In this document: piece by piece, positions 41,137 to 50,812 of the stretch | How positions within the stretch are numbered: position 1 is the first letter of the stretch | Layout of the letters: every line of letters starts with the position of its first letter | Source of the DNA: Clostridium sp. CAG:524 | GTDB lineage: Bacteria > Bacillota_I > Bacilli_A > RF39 > UBA660 | Length of the DNA stretch: 64,000 nt | Direction of reading: 5' to 3' | Assembly (NCBI GenBank): GCA_000434555.1 | Contig: FR880118.1 | Coordinates: 133,885 to 197,884 of the forward strand | The notes under the pieces: generated by a model | Seen by the model: only the letters and a program-made list of their open reading frames with translations | What the model was told of the DNA's origin: nothing | Databases searched by the model: none | Position numbers and translations under genes: made by a program

Positions 41137-42264
41137 CTAAATTATTACTAACGTAGATGGCATTGTTAAACTATAAAGTCTTACTTTTCTTAAGTTATGC
41201 TCTTTTACATATTCAAGCATACTTTTAAATTCTTCACTGTCTTTGTAAATATCTTTGTCATATAAATACCAGATATCAAATGCAGTTTCTGCTCCTTCTT
41301 GTAACATCTTTTGAACTCTTGGACTTTTAAACACTACATTATTTTGTTGTTCATCTAAAGGTTTATGTCTTCCTGAATCTTGATATATTTTAGATTGAAT
41401 ATCTGCTTCTAATTTATCACAATAGTGAGCAAATTTAGAGTTTTCTTTTTCTTCGGCATCAAAATCTAATAATGATTCAAACATTGATTCTCTATCTGTT
41501 AAATTTCCAAGAGTATGTTTCATTGCTTTATGTTCAATTCTTGCTTTTTCTTCTTTTGTTATATCAAAAGGTGTTTTATCTCCAATTTCTATTTCACCTA
41601 TTTCATGTATTAATAATGTTTGTAATACTTCATCAAGATTAACATTTTTTTCTCCATCATACATAGCCATTGCTAAAACAATTGTGCCATATATATGATC
41701 AGCAATACTTTCTCTTTCACCAAAAATATCCCAATGTTTATTATCCCATCCAGTTCTTTCAGTTTTTTCAAGATTCATATTATCATAATAGAATCTAAAT
41801 ATTTCTTGATACTTTTTATTTTCTTCAAAACTTTTTGGCTTAAAAATACCTTTTCTTACTGCTTCTTTATATAAATCATAAAAACACTTATCTGGATTTT
41901 CATTAATAATGCTATGTAATCTTAAATCATTTACTCTACAAATGCTCGCAAATATTGAATCAAATGTAACCATCCTTCTTATTTCATCTAATTCTTTATC
42001 ATATTTACTTCCATTAGCTAAATATTCACTACATTTAAAATCATCATTAGTAAGTGCAATTCCTTCAAGAGCAATCATTCTAAGTACCTTAGATATATCT
42101 TCTGATGGTTCAAATTCACTTTGAATAGCTCTTGCTAAAATCATACTTCCATATAAATGTTCAGCAATACTTCTACCATTATTATCAATTACTGAATTTT
42201 TTAATGCATTTCCTTTCAAATAAAATTCTAATTTCCTTTTATTTTCTTCATCTATACTACTCAT
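41137..42264 (-). CDS. Tandem YfbR-like HD-fold protein (N-terminal copy degenerate, C-terminal copy with H-E variant)
   Basis: Second half ESIADHIYGTIVLAMAMY...LLIHEIGEIEIGDKTPF aligns with YfbR 5'-deoxynucleotidase (SEHSLQVAMVAHAL...LAMYHDASEVLTGDLPTP). First half AEHLYGSMILARAI...MIALEGIALTND keeps the fold but lacks the His-Asp. Confidence 0.55.
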   Translation of the reverse strand: MSSIDEENKRKLEFYLKGNALKNSVIDNNGRSIAEHLYGSMILARAIQSEFEPSEDISKVLRMIALEGIALTNDDFKCSEYLANGSKYDKELDEIRRMVTFDSIFASICRVNDLRLHSIINENPDKCFYDLYKEAVRKGIFKPKSFEENKKYQEIFRFYYDNMNLEKTERTGWDNKHWDIFGERESIADHIYGTIVLAMAMYDGEKNVNLDEVLQTLLIHEIGEIEIGDKTPFDITKEEKARIEHKAMKHTLGNLTDRESMFESLLDFDAEEKENSKFAHYCDKLEADIQSKIYQDSGRHKPLDEQQNNVVFKSPRVQKMLQEGAETAFDIWYLYDKDIYKDSEEFKSMLEYVKEHNLRKVRLYSLTMPSTLVII

Positions 42265-42317
42265 AATACTACCTCATGTTTTATTATACATTAATTTTTG
42301 CAAATTTGAATATTTTT

Positions 42318-43763
42318 TTACATAATTTTATCTATATCTATTTTAGAATAGTTATTTACATTATTAATAACTAAAGCATTAGTGGTAAGTAACATCATAG
42401 CTATAGAGAATGAATTATTTATTTCTTCCGTAACTACTTTATATGAATCTATTATGTTAGTAGTATCTATTTCACTTTTACCAGTATTTTCTAATATTTT
42501 ATTATATGGACTTTTAAGTACTTCTTTGATTAAAGTTGAAATGTTATCTGTACTTTTCATATCATTTGCAATATTTAAAAGAGTAACTCCACATCCTTTA
42601 ACAACACCATATTTATAAGAATTAATCGCTGTATTAAGAGCATCTTCTATTCTTAATTTCTTATCAATTCTTTCTAGTTCAGTAAGACCATAACTATATA
42701 TAATACCCATCTTACCATTTAAAGCAGATATTCTTTTTTCTATAAATTCTTTTTCAAATTCAAATTCTTCTTCACTTAGTCTTACTTTTAGATAATTAAT
42801 TCTTTCATTCAACTTATCTTTATTTACACTATTATTTATTATAATTGTTTTATCTTTTTCTATAATAATTTCATTTACTATATTATTTTTATTAAATGAA
42901 TTCGCATAGTATTTTATATCAGTTAATACTTCTTTTGATCTATCACTCTTAAGTAATGTTTTTATTATATATATCTTATATTTAGATAGTTTATTATAAT
43001 CATTTAAATCATTTAATATTTCATTTTCATAATCATCACAAAATATAACAATATCTTTATTATTATTCATAAACATTTCTAAATCATTAATATTACTTAT
43101 ATATTCAAGAGTGTATACATAAGCATTATATACATTTAATTTAGTTATATTTTCACCAATAGATCCTTCTATATGATAACCAAAGTCTAATTTCATTCCA
43201 TTAATTATTTCATAAGTACATTTATCTATTACTTTATCTTCAACTATTATATAGTTATCAAAGCCTATTTCATTAAATACATTTGATATAACATTACCTA
43301 TTTCTTCACTTTTACTAGCTATCATAGATACTTGCTTTATTTTATTTTTAGTATTACAATTTCTTTTTCGATTCTTTAACTCTTTTAATATTTCTTTTTT
43401 ATATCTTTCTATTTCATGTGCTAAAGTAATATTGTTTACTCCACTTTTTATTAATTCTAGTCCTTTTCTATATAATTCATATGTTAAAACTATTGTTGTA
43501 GTAGTGCCATCTCCGACTGTATCATTTGTTTTCTTAGCAGCTTCTTTTATAAGTGAAGCACCTATATTTTCTATTTCATCATCAAGTTCAATGGAAGATG
43601 CAATTGTTACACCATCATTTGTTATAAATGGTTTACCATTATCTTTAGAGATTATTACATTTCTACCACTTGGTCCTAAAGTACAAGATACTGCTTCATA
43701 TAATTTAGTAATACCACTAAGTATCTTATCATTCATTTCATCATTAAATATTACATTGTTCAT
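42318..43763 (-). CDS. Highly divergent GroEL/cpn60-family chaperonin paralog (481 aa, no GGM tail, no adjacent groES)
   Basis: TLGPSGRNVII...ITNDGVTIASSIELDD.IENIGASLIKEAA.KTNDTVGDGTTTTIVL matches the GroEL equatorial ATP-binding region (TLGPKGRNVVL...[46 protein letters not shown]). IIVEDKV...INGMKLDFGY resembles ITVEDG...VEGMQFDRGY. RIEDALNTA resembles RVEDALHATRAAVEEG. Start at the ATG with GGAGGT RBS, ATGA-overlapping the upstream stop. Confidence 0.65.
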   Translation of the reverse strand: MNNVIFNDEMNDKILSGITKLYEAVSCTLGPSGRNVIISKDNGKPFITNDGVTIASSIELDDEIENIGASLIKEAAKKTNDTVGDGTTTTIVLTYELYRKGLELIKSGVNNITLAHEIERYKKEILKELKNRKRNCNTKNKIKQVSMIASKSEEIGNVISNVFNEIGFDNYIIVEDKVIDKCTYEIINGMKLDFGYHIEGSIGENITKLNVYNAYVYTLEYISNINDLEMFMNNNKDIVIFCDDYENEILNDLNDYNKLSKYKIYIIKTLLKSDRSKEVLTDIKYYANSFNKNNIVNEIIIEKDKTIIINNSVNKDKLNERINYLKVRLSEEEFEFEKEFIEKRISALNGKMGIIYSYGLTELERIDKKLRIEDALNTAINSYKYGVVKGCGVTLLNIANDMKSTDNISTLIKEVLKSPYNKILENTGKSEIDTTNIIDSYKVVTEEINNSFSIAMMLLTTNALVINNVNNYSKIDIDKIM

Positions 43764-44515
43764 ATATTTACCTCCAGTAAGTTTTTCCAATATTTTTTAG
43801 GCATAAAGTTTCTTTGACATCTTAAATTTTTTCTTTCTTTAATAGTTACTGCTTTTATAAATGATTTCCACATTTGTTCATACTCATCATTACTATTTTG
43901 AAAGTTCATATCTATATCTTCTACTACCTTTAAAATCTTTCTATCGTAAAATATTGCTTTATGTTTATTTTCATCAAATATAATCCATCTTTCATTAGGC
44001 AATCTATTTTTAAAATGACTTCCTAAAAGATATATTATATCGTTATCAGGATTTATTTTTGAAAAATATATTTCATTTTTAAGTTTAGTAAATCTCACAA
44101 ATCCTTTAAATTTATGTGCTTCACTTCTAATATTTTTAACCATTTTATTAAATTTAGTCACTTCTACAAGTTCATTATGATAAATTATTTTATAACCATA
44201 TTTATATGCATTAAATAAGTAATCATATATAATTATTGCTTTATCTTTATCATGTGATAAAAATGATATTAATATATTTTCATAAACAAAATCACTTATT
44301 TTATTTATTATTGATTCTTTTACTATATCACTTTGTTCATAATTAGTTTCTATATATATTGGTGTATCTATTATATTATCTATATATTCTTTTTCACTAT
44401 ATATTTTTGATGGATAAGTATGACTTTTATATGTTGCATATATTAATGTAAATAGTCCCTCTATTGTACCATCATATAAATATATATCATTAGTATGTTT
44501 AAAATTGTTCATCAT
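43760..44515 (-). CDS. Partner protein of the 'DNA modification/repair' radical-SAM enzyme (DUF4130 / TIGR03915-like)
   Basis: 251-aa protein always-adjacent-type partner. N-terminal FTLIYATYKSH and mid KFKGFVRF motifs. Overlaps the upstream rSAM gene by 17 nt and the downstream chaperonin-like gene by 4 nt. Confidence 0.45.
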   Translation of the reverse strand: MMNNFKHTNDIYLYDGTIEGLFTLIYATYKSHTYPSKIYSEKEYIDNIIDTPIYIETNYEQSDIVKESIINKISDFVYENILISFLSHDKDKAIIIYDYLFNAYKYGYKIIYHNELVEVTKFNKMVKNIRSEAHKFKGFVRFTKLKNEIYFSKINPDNDIIYLLGSHFKNRLPNERWIIFDENKHKAIFYDRKILKVVEDIDMNFQNSNDEYEQMWKSFIKAVTIKERKNLRCQRNFMPKKYWKNLLEVNI

Positions 44516-45710
44516 GAAATAAACTTAATTGTTTAATATTTCCTTCTAATAATATTTGTCTATAGATAATATCTTTTTTAAATACACCTGTCTTACTATA
44601 ATATTTACCATCACATGTAATAAAGTATTTTGCTCTTTTTAATACTACCCCTATTCTTTTTAGTGTATCAAAATCTAAGTGTGCTACTTTTCTTGTCATC
44701 ATTATTCTTTTAGCAGATGTTACTCCTATACCTGGAACTCTTAATATATCTTTATAGTCTGCTGTATTTATTTCTATTGGATAGTTATCAATATTATTAA
44801 GTGCATAGTTAGCTTTAGGATCAATAAGTAAGTTGAAGTTAGGATTCTTTGGCGTTAATAATTCTTTTGCCTTAAATCCATAGAAACGAAGTAACCAATC
44901 TGCTTGATATAGTCTATTCTCTCTTTTTAATGGTGGAGTCTTTATTGCTGGAAGATTTCTATCAACATTAACTGGTACATATGCTGAATAATATACTCTT
45001 TTTAAATCAAATTTATTATATAGTCCTTCAGTAAGATTTATTATTTGATAATCACTATCATCACTCGCACCTATTATCATTTGAGTTGATTGTCCTGCTG
45101 GTACAAACTTTCTATTGTTTTCTCTTTCATTTTTAATTTCACTCATTGCTCCAAAGATATTATTACTCTTTTTATCAGGTGCTAGTAATTTTAAATTATT
45201 ATTTGATGGTAATTCTATATTAGCACTCATTCTATCACTTAATTTACCAAGTTCATCTATTAAGTATTTACTACTACCTGGTATACATTTAGTATGAATA
45301 TATCCATTAAATTTATATTTCTTTCTAAGTAAATATATTGCCTCTATCATAAGTTTCATAGTGTAATCTGCATCTTTAATAATTGCTGAACTTAAGAATA
45401 GTCCTTCTATATAATTTCTTTTATAGAAATTTATAGTTAAATTTGCTATTTCTTCGGGAGTTAATATTGCTCTTTTTATATTATTACTTTTTCTATTTAT
45501 ACAATATTTACAATCATACATACATGCATTAGTCATTAATATTTTAAGTAATGATACACATCTTCCATCACTAGTAAAACTATGACATATACCACTTATA
45601 TGGCCATTACCCATTCCACCTTCATTCTTTCTATTAGAACCACTTGAACTACAAGAAGCATCATATTTAGCACTTTCAGCAAGTATTGATAATTTTTCTT
45701 CTATATTCAT
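44499..45710 (-). CDS. Radical SAM protein of the 'putative DNA modification/repair' family with C-terminal helix-hairpin-helix
   Basis: N-terminal AESAKYDASCSSSGS...SDGRCVSLLKILMTNACMYDCKYCINR (CxxxCxxC) matches the TIGR03916-type opening. C-terminal ILRVPGIGVTSAKRI HhH motif. Confidence 0.7.
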   Translation of the reverse strand: MNIEEKLSILAESAKYDASCSSSGSNRKNEGGMGNGHISGICHSFTSDGRCVSLLKILMTNACMYDCKYCINRKSNNIKRAILTPEEIANLTINFYKRNYIEGLFLSSAIIKDADYTMKLMIEAIYLLRKKYKFNGYIHTKCIPGSSKYLIDELGKLSDRMSANIELPSNNNLKLLAPDKKSNNIFGAMSEIKNERENNRKFVPAGQSTQMIIGASDDSDYQIINLTEGLYNKFDLKRVYYSAYVPVNVDRNLPAIKTPPLKRENRLYQADWLLRFYGFKAKELLTPKNPNFNLLIDPKANYALNNIDNYPIEINTADYKDILRVPGIGVTSAKRIMMTRKVAHLDFDTLKRIGVVLKRAKYFITCDGKYYSKTGVFKKDIIYRQILLEGNIKQLSLFHDEQF

Positions 45711-45940
45711 AATGCACCTCTAATTCATTTTAACATAAATAGATTATATATGCAAACAAATATTCGCTTTTTATAAAACTTATTTTTAATTTTTCCCACT
45801 TTAAAAGATTTTTCTATACAATTAAAAACCTAGAATATCAAAATCCTAGGCATAAAATATATTTCTTTAAAAACAATTATTTTTAATTCTTTATCTCAAT
45901 TTAAATGTTAATTCTTTTCTTTATAAAAGAAGCACTAAAA

Positions 45941-46618
45941 TTATATAGTTTGATTTATATAATTTGAAATATCAATTTGTATATCATTAATCATAAATTT
46001 ATAATTTATTTTTAAGTATTTAGATACTTTATATGGAACAGTAATTGCTTTAGGCCAATCTTTTAAAATTTCAACATCAAATGTATCATCTGTAGTGTAT
46101 TTTATTATTAGTTCTTTATTTGAAATATTTACATCAACTTTTTTAATCTTTTGTATTTCTTTATTCATTTTATCTTGTATACTAGAATTTATTGTTCTAT
46201 GATATGTTACATCTAATTTATCTGCTAAAACTAGGCTTAATCCTATTAAAGATTGAATATTATTTCCTTTAGAATGATCAAGAATAGCTTGTCTTAAAGT
46301 ATTTTCTTCATCTTGTGTGATATCATTTTTATCAATAAATCTAGTAAATATTTTGCTGCTCTCTATCGCATGATTAGTTTTATCTCCTTTTGATAAACCA
46401 ATGTCGTGTAAAAGTGCTGCTGTCATTCCTAAATCTACCATTCTTTCATCAGCATTTAATTGTAATAAAATTGTTTTTACATATTCAGCCACTCTCTTAT
46501 AGTGTCCTAAGCCATGTTCCCAATCCCATTTACCATTTGTTATAAATTTAAAACTTTCAATTTGTTTTACAGTATCCAAATACAATTTACTATTTATTAA
46601 TTTTTCATATAAAAGCAT
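45941..46618 (-). CDS. HD-domain phosphohydrolase
   Basis: HGLGHYKRVAEYV...DLGMTAALLHDIGLSKG is the H...H...HD metal-binding signature. Confidence 0.55.
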   Translation of the reverse strand: MLLYEKLINSKLYLDTVKQIESFKFITNGKWDWEHGLGHYKRVAEYVKTILLQLNADERMVDLGMTAALLHDIGLSKGDKTNHAIESSKIFTRFIDKNDITQDEENTLRQAILDHSKGNNIQSLIGLSLVLADKLDVTYHRTINSSIQDKMNKEIQKIKKVDVNISNKELIIKYTTDDTFDVEILKDWPKAITVPYKVSKYLKINYKFMINDIQIDISNYINQTI

Positions 46619-46700
46619 AAAATCACCATAATAATTATATCATACCTTTTTATTTTTACAAATATTCGTCCTTACATAAAAACAAAATGTAGTCTTTAAA

Positions 46701-47198
46701 CTACATTAATTTCATAAATATAATAACAAATAAAGTAAATATAATTATACTTATCATTATTGATATTATATTGATAATTGTATATTTTAATTTAGTAAAT
46801 TTCTTTAACATTAAATTTATTAAGTTTGTTATCAAAATATAATTTGAACTAAATGTTATAATTGTAAGCAATATATCATAGTCTACTCCATACAAAGGAC
46901 ATAAATCTATAGAAGTACATGGTATATATTTATATGTTAAATAATTAAATAAATATTTAAATAATATTGAAGATAATATAATAGTCACAAAAAGAATAAC
47001 ATCATTTACTATAATCTTTCTATCATATTCCACTTTATTTCTTTTTATATGATAAATTAACATAAGTATTAAAAGTAAAAGTATATCTACTAATAAAGAA
47101 TAATCTTTAAAATCTTTTACTATGTATCCAACTACTAACACTGAATAAAGTATTAAACTTATTAGTATTGTAATTAATATTCTTTTTAATATTTTCAT
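46701..47198 (-). CDS. Small polytopic membrane protein, unknown function
   Basis: 165 aa, four or five hydrophobic helices. Overlaps the DUF4236 gene by 4 nt. Confidence 0.35.
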   Translation of the reverse strand: MKILKRILITILISLILYSVLVVGYIVKDFKDYSLLVDILLLLILMLIYHIKRNKVEYDRKIIVNDVILFVTIILSSILFKYLFNYLTYKYIPCTSIDLCPLYGVDYDILLTIITFSSNYILITNLINLMLKKFTKLKYTIINIISIMISIIIFTLFVIIFMKLM

Positions 47199-47494
47199 TT
47201 TATATTGTCTGTAAATGATTTTGCTATATCATCTACTATTTCATCAAATGTTTTATCTTTAATATTTTTGTTATCTTTTTCTATAGTTTTATCTTTACTT
47301 TTATCACTCTTACTTTCAGTAACATATGAAAGTCCTGTTCCTGGTAATGTTAATGTTTTTCTAGTTGTGCCTTTTGCTGTCTTACTTACTCTTACTCCTT
47401 TAGTGCCAACACTATATCCTATACCATTTTTACTTAAATTTACTTTTACTCCTTTACCTAAATTAATACTTTTTCTAAATCTTAGACCCATCAC
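47195..47494 (-). CDS. DUF4236-domain protein
   Basis: MGLRFRKSINLGKGVKVNLSKNGIGYSVGTKGVRVS...LPGTGLSYV matches the DUF4236 consensus (FRFRKS...G.R.N.SKSG.S.S.G..G.R......GTGLSY). Confidence 0.5.
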   Translation of the reverse strand: MMGLRFRKSINLGKGVKVNLSKNGIGYSVGTKGVRVSKTAKGTTRKTLTLPGTGLSYVTESKSDKSKDKTIEKDNKNIKDKTFDEIVDDIAKSFTDNIK

Positions 47495-47501
47495 TTATCA
47501 C

Positions 47502-47957
47502 CTACTTATTTTTTAATACATCTCTTATTTCTTCTAATAAGACTACTTCATCACTCTTTTTAGGTTTTTCTTCTTTCTTTTCTTCTTTCTTATGTTTATC
47601 TAAGAACTTATTCATAATCTTAACTACCATAAATATACAGAATGCTATTATTAAAAAGTTAATGACATTTTGTATGAAGTTACCATATTTAATAGTTGAA
47701 TCTCCTACTTTAATAGTTAATTTTGTAAAATCATATCCTCCTATTAATACACCTATTAAAGGCATAATTATATCATTTACTAGTGAAGATACTATTGTAC
47801 TAAAAGCACCACCTATAACAACACCAACAGCTAAATCAATAACATTGCCTCTTTTAATAAAGGTTTTAAATTCTTCAAATAGTCCTTTTGACTTAGTCGC
47901 AAATTCTTTAATCTCTTTAATTTCTTTTTTATTTTTCATACTACTCTTCTCTCCCAC
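47502..47957 (-). CDS. mscL: Large-conductance mechanosensitive channel MscL
   Basis: [43 protein letters not shown] is canonical MscL TM1 and the periplasmic loop. C-terminal charged helix. Confidence 0.9.
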   Translation of the reverse strand: MGEKSSMKNKKEIKEIKEFATKSKGLFEEFKTFIKRGNVIDLAVGVVIGGAFSTIVSSLVNDIIMPLIGVLIGGYDFTKLTIKVGDSTIKYGNFIQNVINFLIIAFCIFMVVKIMNKFLDKHKKEEKKEEKPKKSDEVVLLEEIRDVLKNK

Positions 47958-47981
47958 AAAAATTATAACATTTTTAAGATT

Positions 47982-48854
47982 TTAGGTAAACATTAATAAT
48001 GAAGTTGCAATTACTATAATAATAATACCTATTATTTGTTTTCTATTTAGTTTTTCTTTTAAAAATATTACAGATAATAATATAGTAACAACAATACTTA
48101 ATTTTTCAATCGTGAATACTATACTTGTTTCACCATCTTTTAAGGAGGCAAAATAAAATAGCCATGATAAGGTATTAGTGATACCTGAATATATAACATA
48201 TTTCATACTCTTTTTACTTATATCTTTTAAATAAACATATTTCTTTTTAAATATGACTATAAACATCAATATAATAAATACAATAACTGTCCTTATAAAT
48301 GTTGCTAAAACGCTATCTATATTATTAAGTCCTATTTTACTTATTATAGTAGTAGTACTTGTAAATATAGCAGTTAATATTGAATAAAGTATCCACCTGT
48401 TATCTTTTTCATTAGTAGTCTTTTTATTAACCGTAAGAAGTGTTCCAATTAAAATAAGTGTTATTGATATAATTTTTATAATAGTAATCTTTTCATGAAG
48501 AAATATCATTGATAATATTAAAGTTAATATTATACTTGTCTTATCAATAGGTGTTACTTTAGATACATCACCTGTATCAAGTGCTTTAAAATAGAATATC
48601 CAAAGTAGTGTTGTTGATACACCAGATAGTATTAAAAATATAATTGTTTTTAATGATAAAGTTATTATTTGTAATAGTTTTCCAAAAAAAATTGTTGATA
48701 TAAAAGAAAGAATTAATATTATAAAAGTTCTTATAGTTGTTATTAATATTGAATCTACTTTATTTAGCTTAGAAGAGTATGATGCTAAGATGGAAGTTAA
48801 TCCTGAAAATATTGATGATACTAAAGCATATATTATCCACATGTTATTCACCAT
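47982..48854 (-). CDS. EamA-family (drug/metabolite transporter) permease
   Basis: Ten TM helices in two 5-TM EamA-like repeats, 290 aa. Confidence 0.65.
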   Translation of the reverse strand: MVNNMWIIYALVSSIFSGLTSILASYSSKLNKVDSILITTIRTFIILILSFISTIFFGKLLQIITLSLKTIIFLILSGVSTTLLWIFYFKALDTGDVSKVTPIDKTSIILTLILSMIFLHEKITIIKIISITLILIGTLLTVNKKTTNEKDNRWILYSILTAIFTSTTTIISKIGLNNIDSVLATFIRTVIVFIILMFIVIFKKKYVYLKDISKKSMKYVIYSGITNTLSWLFYFASLKDGETSIVFTIEKLSIVVTILLSVIFLKEKLNRKQIIGIIIIVIATSLLMFT

Positions 48855-48931
48855 TATTATTATGATATTATTCTTGAAAAAAATGCTTAAAAGTGTTATA
48901 ATATGCTTTAGTTTTGAAAAGGGGAATAATT

Positions 48932-49363
48932 ATGTTTGGAGAAAAAATTATTTTAGGAAATGCTAAATGTAAGGTTGATACTAAAGGAAGAATCCTTTTA
49001 CCAAAGTTTACATATTCAGAAAAAGATGATGAAATAGTATTAAGTAGTGATGATAATGGTATTATATTACTTAATAATATAGTTTGTTTAAAAAGAAGAA
49101 TTAATGAACTTGAAAAGAATATGTCTAGTGAAAGTGATGAAAGATTAATTAAGTCATTAAATGATAAACTTGAAAGACTATATTTTTCATGTATATCCGT
49201 GTCTAAAGTTGATAGTCAAAGAAGACTTATTATACCAGTATCTACTAGAATGGAATATGATATTAATGATTCAGTTATTTTACAAGGATGTAAAGATCAT
49301 TTAAAAATGTTTAATAGTGATGAATCATATCAAAATTATAAAATGATGATAAAACAACTTTAA
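48932..49363 (+). CDS. mraZ: Transcriptional regulator MraZ
   Basis: Two MraZ repeats with D.KGR..LP motifs (KVDTKGRILLPK and KVDSQRRLIIPV). Start set at the ATG with AAAGGGGAA RBS (the track's upstream TTG Met is unlikely). Confidence 0.75.
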   Translation: MFGEKIILGNAKCKVDTKGRILLPKFTYSEKDDEIVLSSDDNGIILLNNIVCLKRRINELEKNMSSESDERLIKSLNDKLERLYFSCISVSKVDSQRRLIIPVSTRMEYDINDSVILQGCKDHLKMFNSDESYQNYKMMIKQL

Positions 49364-49450
49364 TGGTTGTTTTTTTGTGGATACTTGTGGAATAAAATAT
49401 ATTAATTATCTATATATTAATGATATAATGTTATAGAAGGACGTGAAATA

Positions 49451-50812
49451 ATGTTTAAATATGAAAGTGATTCAAGAAAAGTAACTAAAGGTCAAACTTT
49501 TGTCGCTTTAAAAGGTATGACTGTTGATGGTCATGATTTTATAGATAGTGCGATTAAAAATGGAGCTAGTCATATAATATGTGAAAAGGATATTGATGTA
49601 AGTGTTCCATATACTAAAGTAGAAAATACAGATACTTATTTAAGAGAAATATTAAATAAAGAATATGGTAATGATATTAATAAAATGAAATTAATAGGTG
49701 TTACTGGTACTAATGGTAAAACTACTAGTTGTTATTTAATATATCAAATGCTTAATAATTTAGGTATTGATACAGCTTATATTGGTACACTTGGTTATTA
49801 TCATAAAGATGATTTTATAGAACTTAATAATACTACTCCAGATGTACTTACTATTTATAAACTACTTTATACCGCTTATGAAAGTGGTGCTAAAAGTGTT
49901 GTAATGGAAGTAAGTAGTCAAGCATTATCTTATGATAGACTTACTAATATTAACTATTCTATTATTGGATTTACTAATCTTACTGAAGACCATCTTGATT
50001 ATCATAAGACAATGGAAAACTATTTAAATGCTAAATTGCTTATACTAGATCATTTAAAAGATGATGCTAAAATAATAGTTAATAGTGATGATCCTGTTCA
50101 TGATAGATTTAAAAAAGAAGGACACAAGTTCATTACTTTTGGATTTAATGGTGATTATAAGATAAATAATTTTGATACTGGTGCTGCTGAAACTAAATTA
50201 AATTTCAGTTTTGATAACAAAGATTATGATGTAGTTATTCCTCTTACTAGTAAATTCAATGTATATAATTATTTAACAATGTTATCAATTGTTCATGAAT
50301 ATGGAATTGATATTAATAAAATAATTAAAGAAACACCAAATCTAAAAGCACCTAAAGGAAGATGCGAAACATATAAAGTAAATCATGGCTATGCGATTGT
50401 TGACTATGCTCACACACCAGATGCGGTCGAAAAAGTAATAACTGCATACAATGAACTTAAGAAAGGAAAAGTCATAACAATAGTTGGCTGTGGTGGCGAT
50501 AGAGATCCTAAAAAAAGACCTATCATGGGAAGTATTGCTACTGAACTATCTGATTATGTAATATTCTCTAATGATAATCCTAGAACAGAAAATCCAGAAG
50601 ATATTATGAAAGATATTTTAGAAGGCGTTAAAAAAGATAACTATGAAGTTATTTTAGATAGACGTGAAGCAATCAAACATGGTATTGATATAATGAAACC
50701 AAATGATATACTTCTTATACTTGGTAAAGGTCATGAAAATTATCAAATCATTGGTAAAACTAAAATACATTTGGATGACGCAGAAGAAGTACTTAATTAC
50801 AAATCAAATTAA
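49451..50812 (+). CDS. murE: UDP-N-acetylmuramoyl-L-alanyl-D-glutamate--2,6-diaminopimelate (or L-lysine) ligase MurE, short N-terminus
   Basis: Walker-type GVTGTNGKTTSCYL, DHLDYH, and DYAHTPDA motifs. GAAGGA RBS. About 25 residues shorter at the N-terminus than Bacillus MurE. Confidence 0.85.
   Translation: MFKYESDSRKVTKGQTFVALKGMTVDGHDFIDSAIKNGASHIICEKDIDVSVPYTKVENTDTYLREILNKEYGNDINKMKLIGVTGTNGKTTSCYLIYQMLNNLGIDTAYIGTLGYYHKDDFIELNNTTPDVLTIYKLLYTAYESGAKSVVMEVSSQALSYDRLTNINYSIIGFTNLTEDHLDYHKTMENYLNAKLLILDHLKDDAKIIVNSDDPVHDRFKKEGHKFITFGFNGDYKINNFDTGAAETKLNFSFDNKDYDVVIPLTSKFNVYNYLTMLSIVHEYGIDINKIIKETPNLKAPKGRCETYKVNHGYAIVDYAHTPDAVEKVITAYNELKKGKVITIVGCGGDRDPKKRPIMGSIATELSDYVIFSNDNPRTENPEDIMKDILEGVKKDNYEVILDRREAIKHGIDIMKPNDILLILGKGHENYQIIGKTKIHLDDAEEVLNYKSN

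Noticed and set aside
48914-48931. ORF-track start of mraZ at 48914 (MKRGIIM...).
   Set aside because: That codon is TTG with no RBS. The in-frame ATG at 48932 is preceded by AAAGGGGAA at proper spacing and gives a canonical MraZ length.
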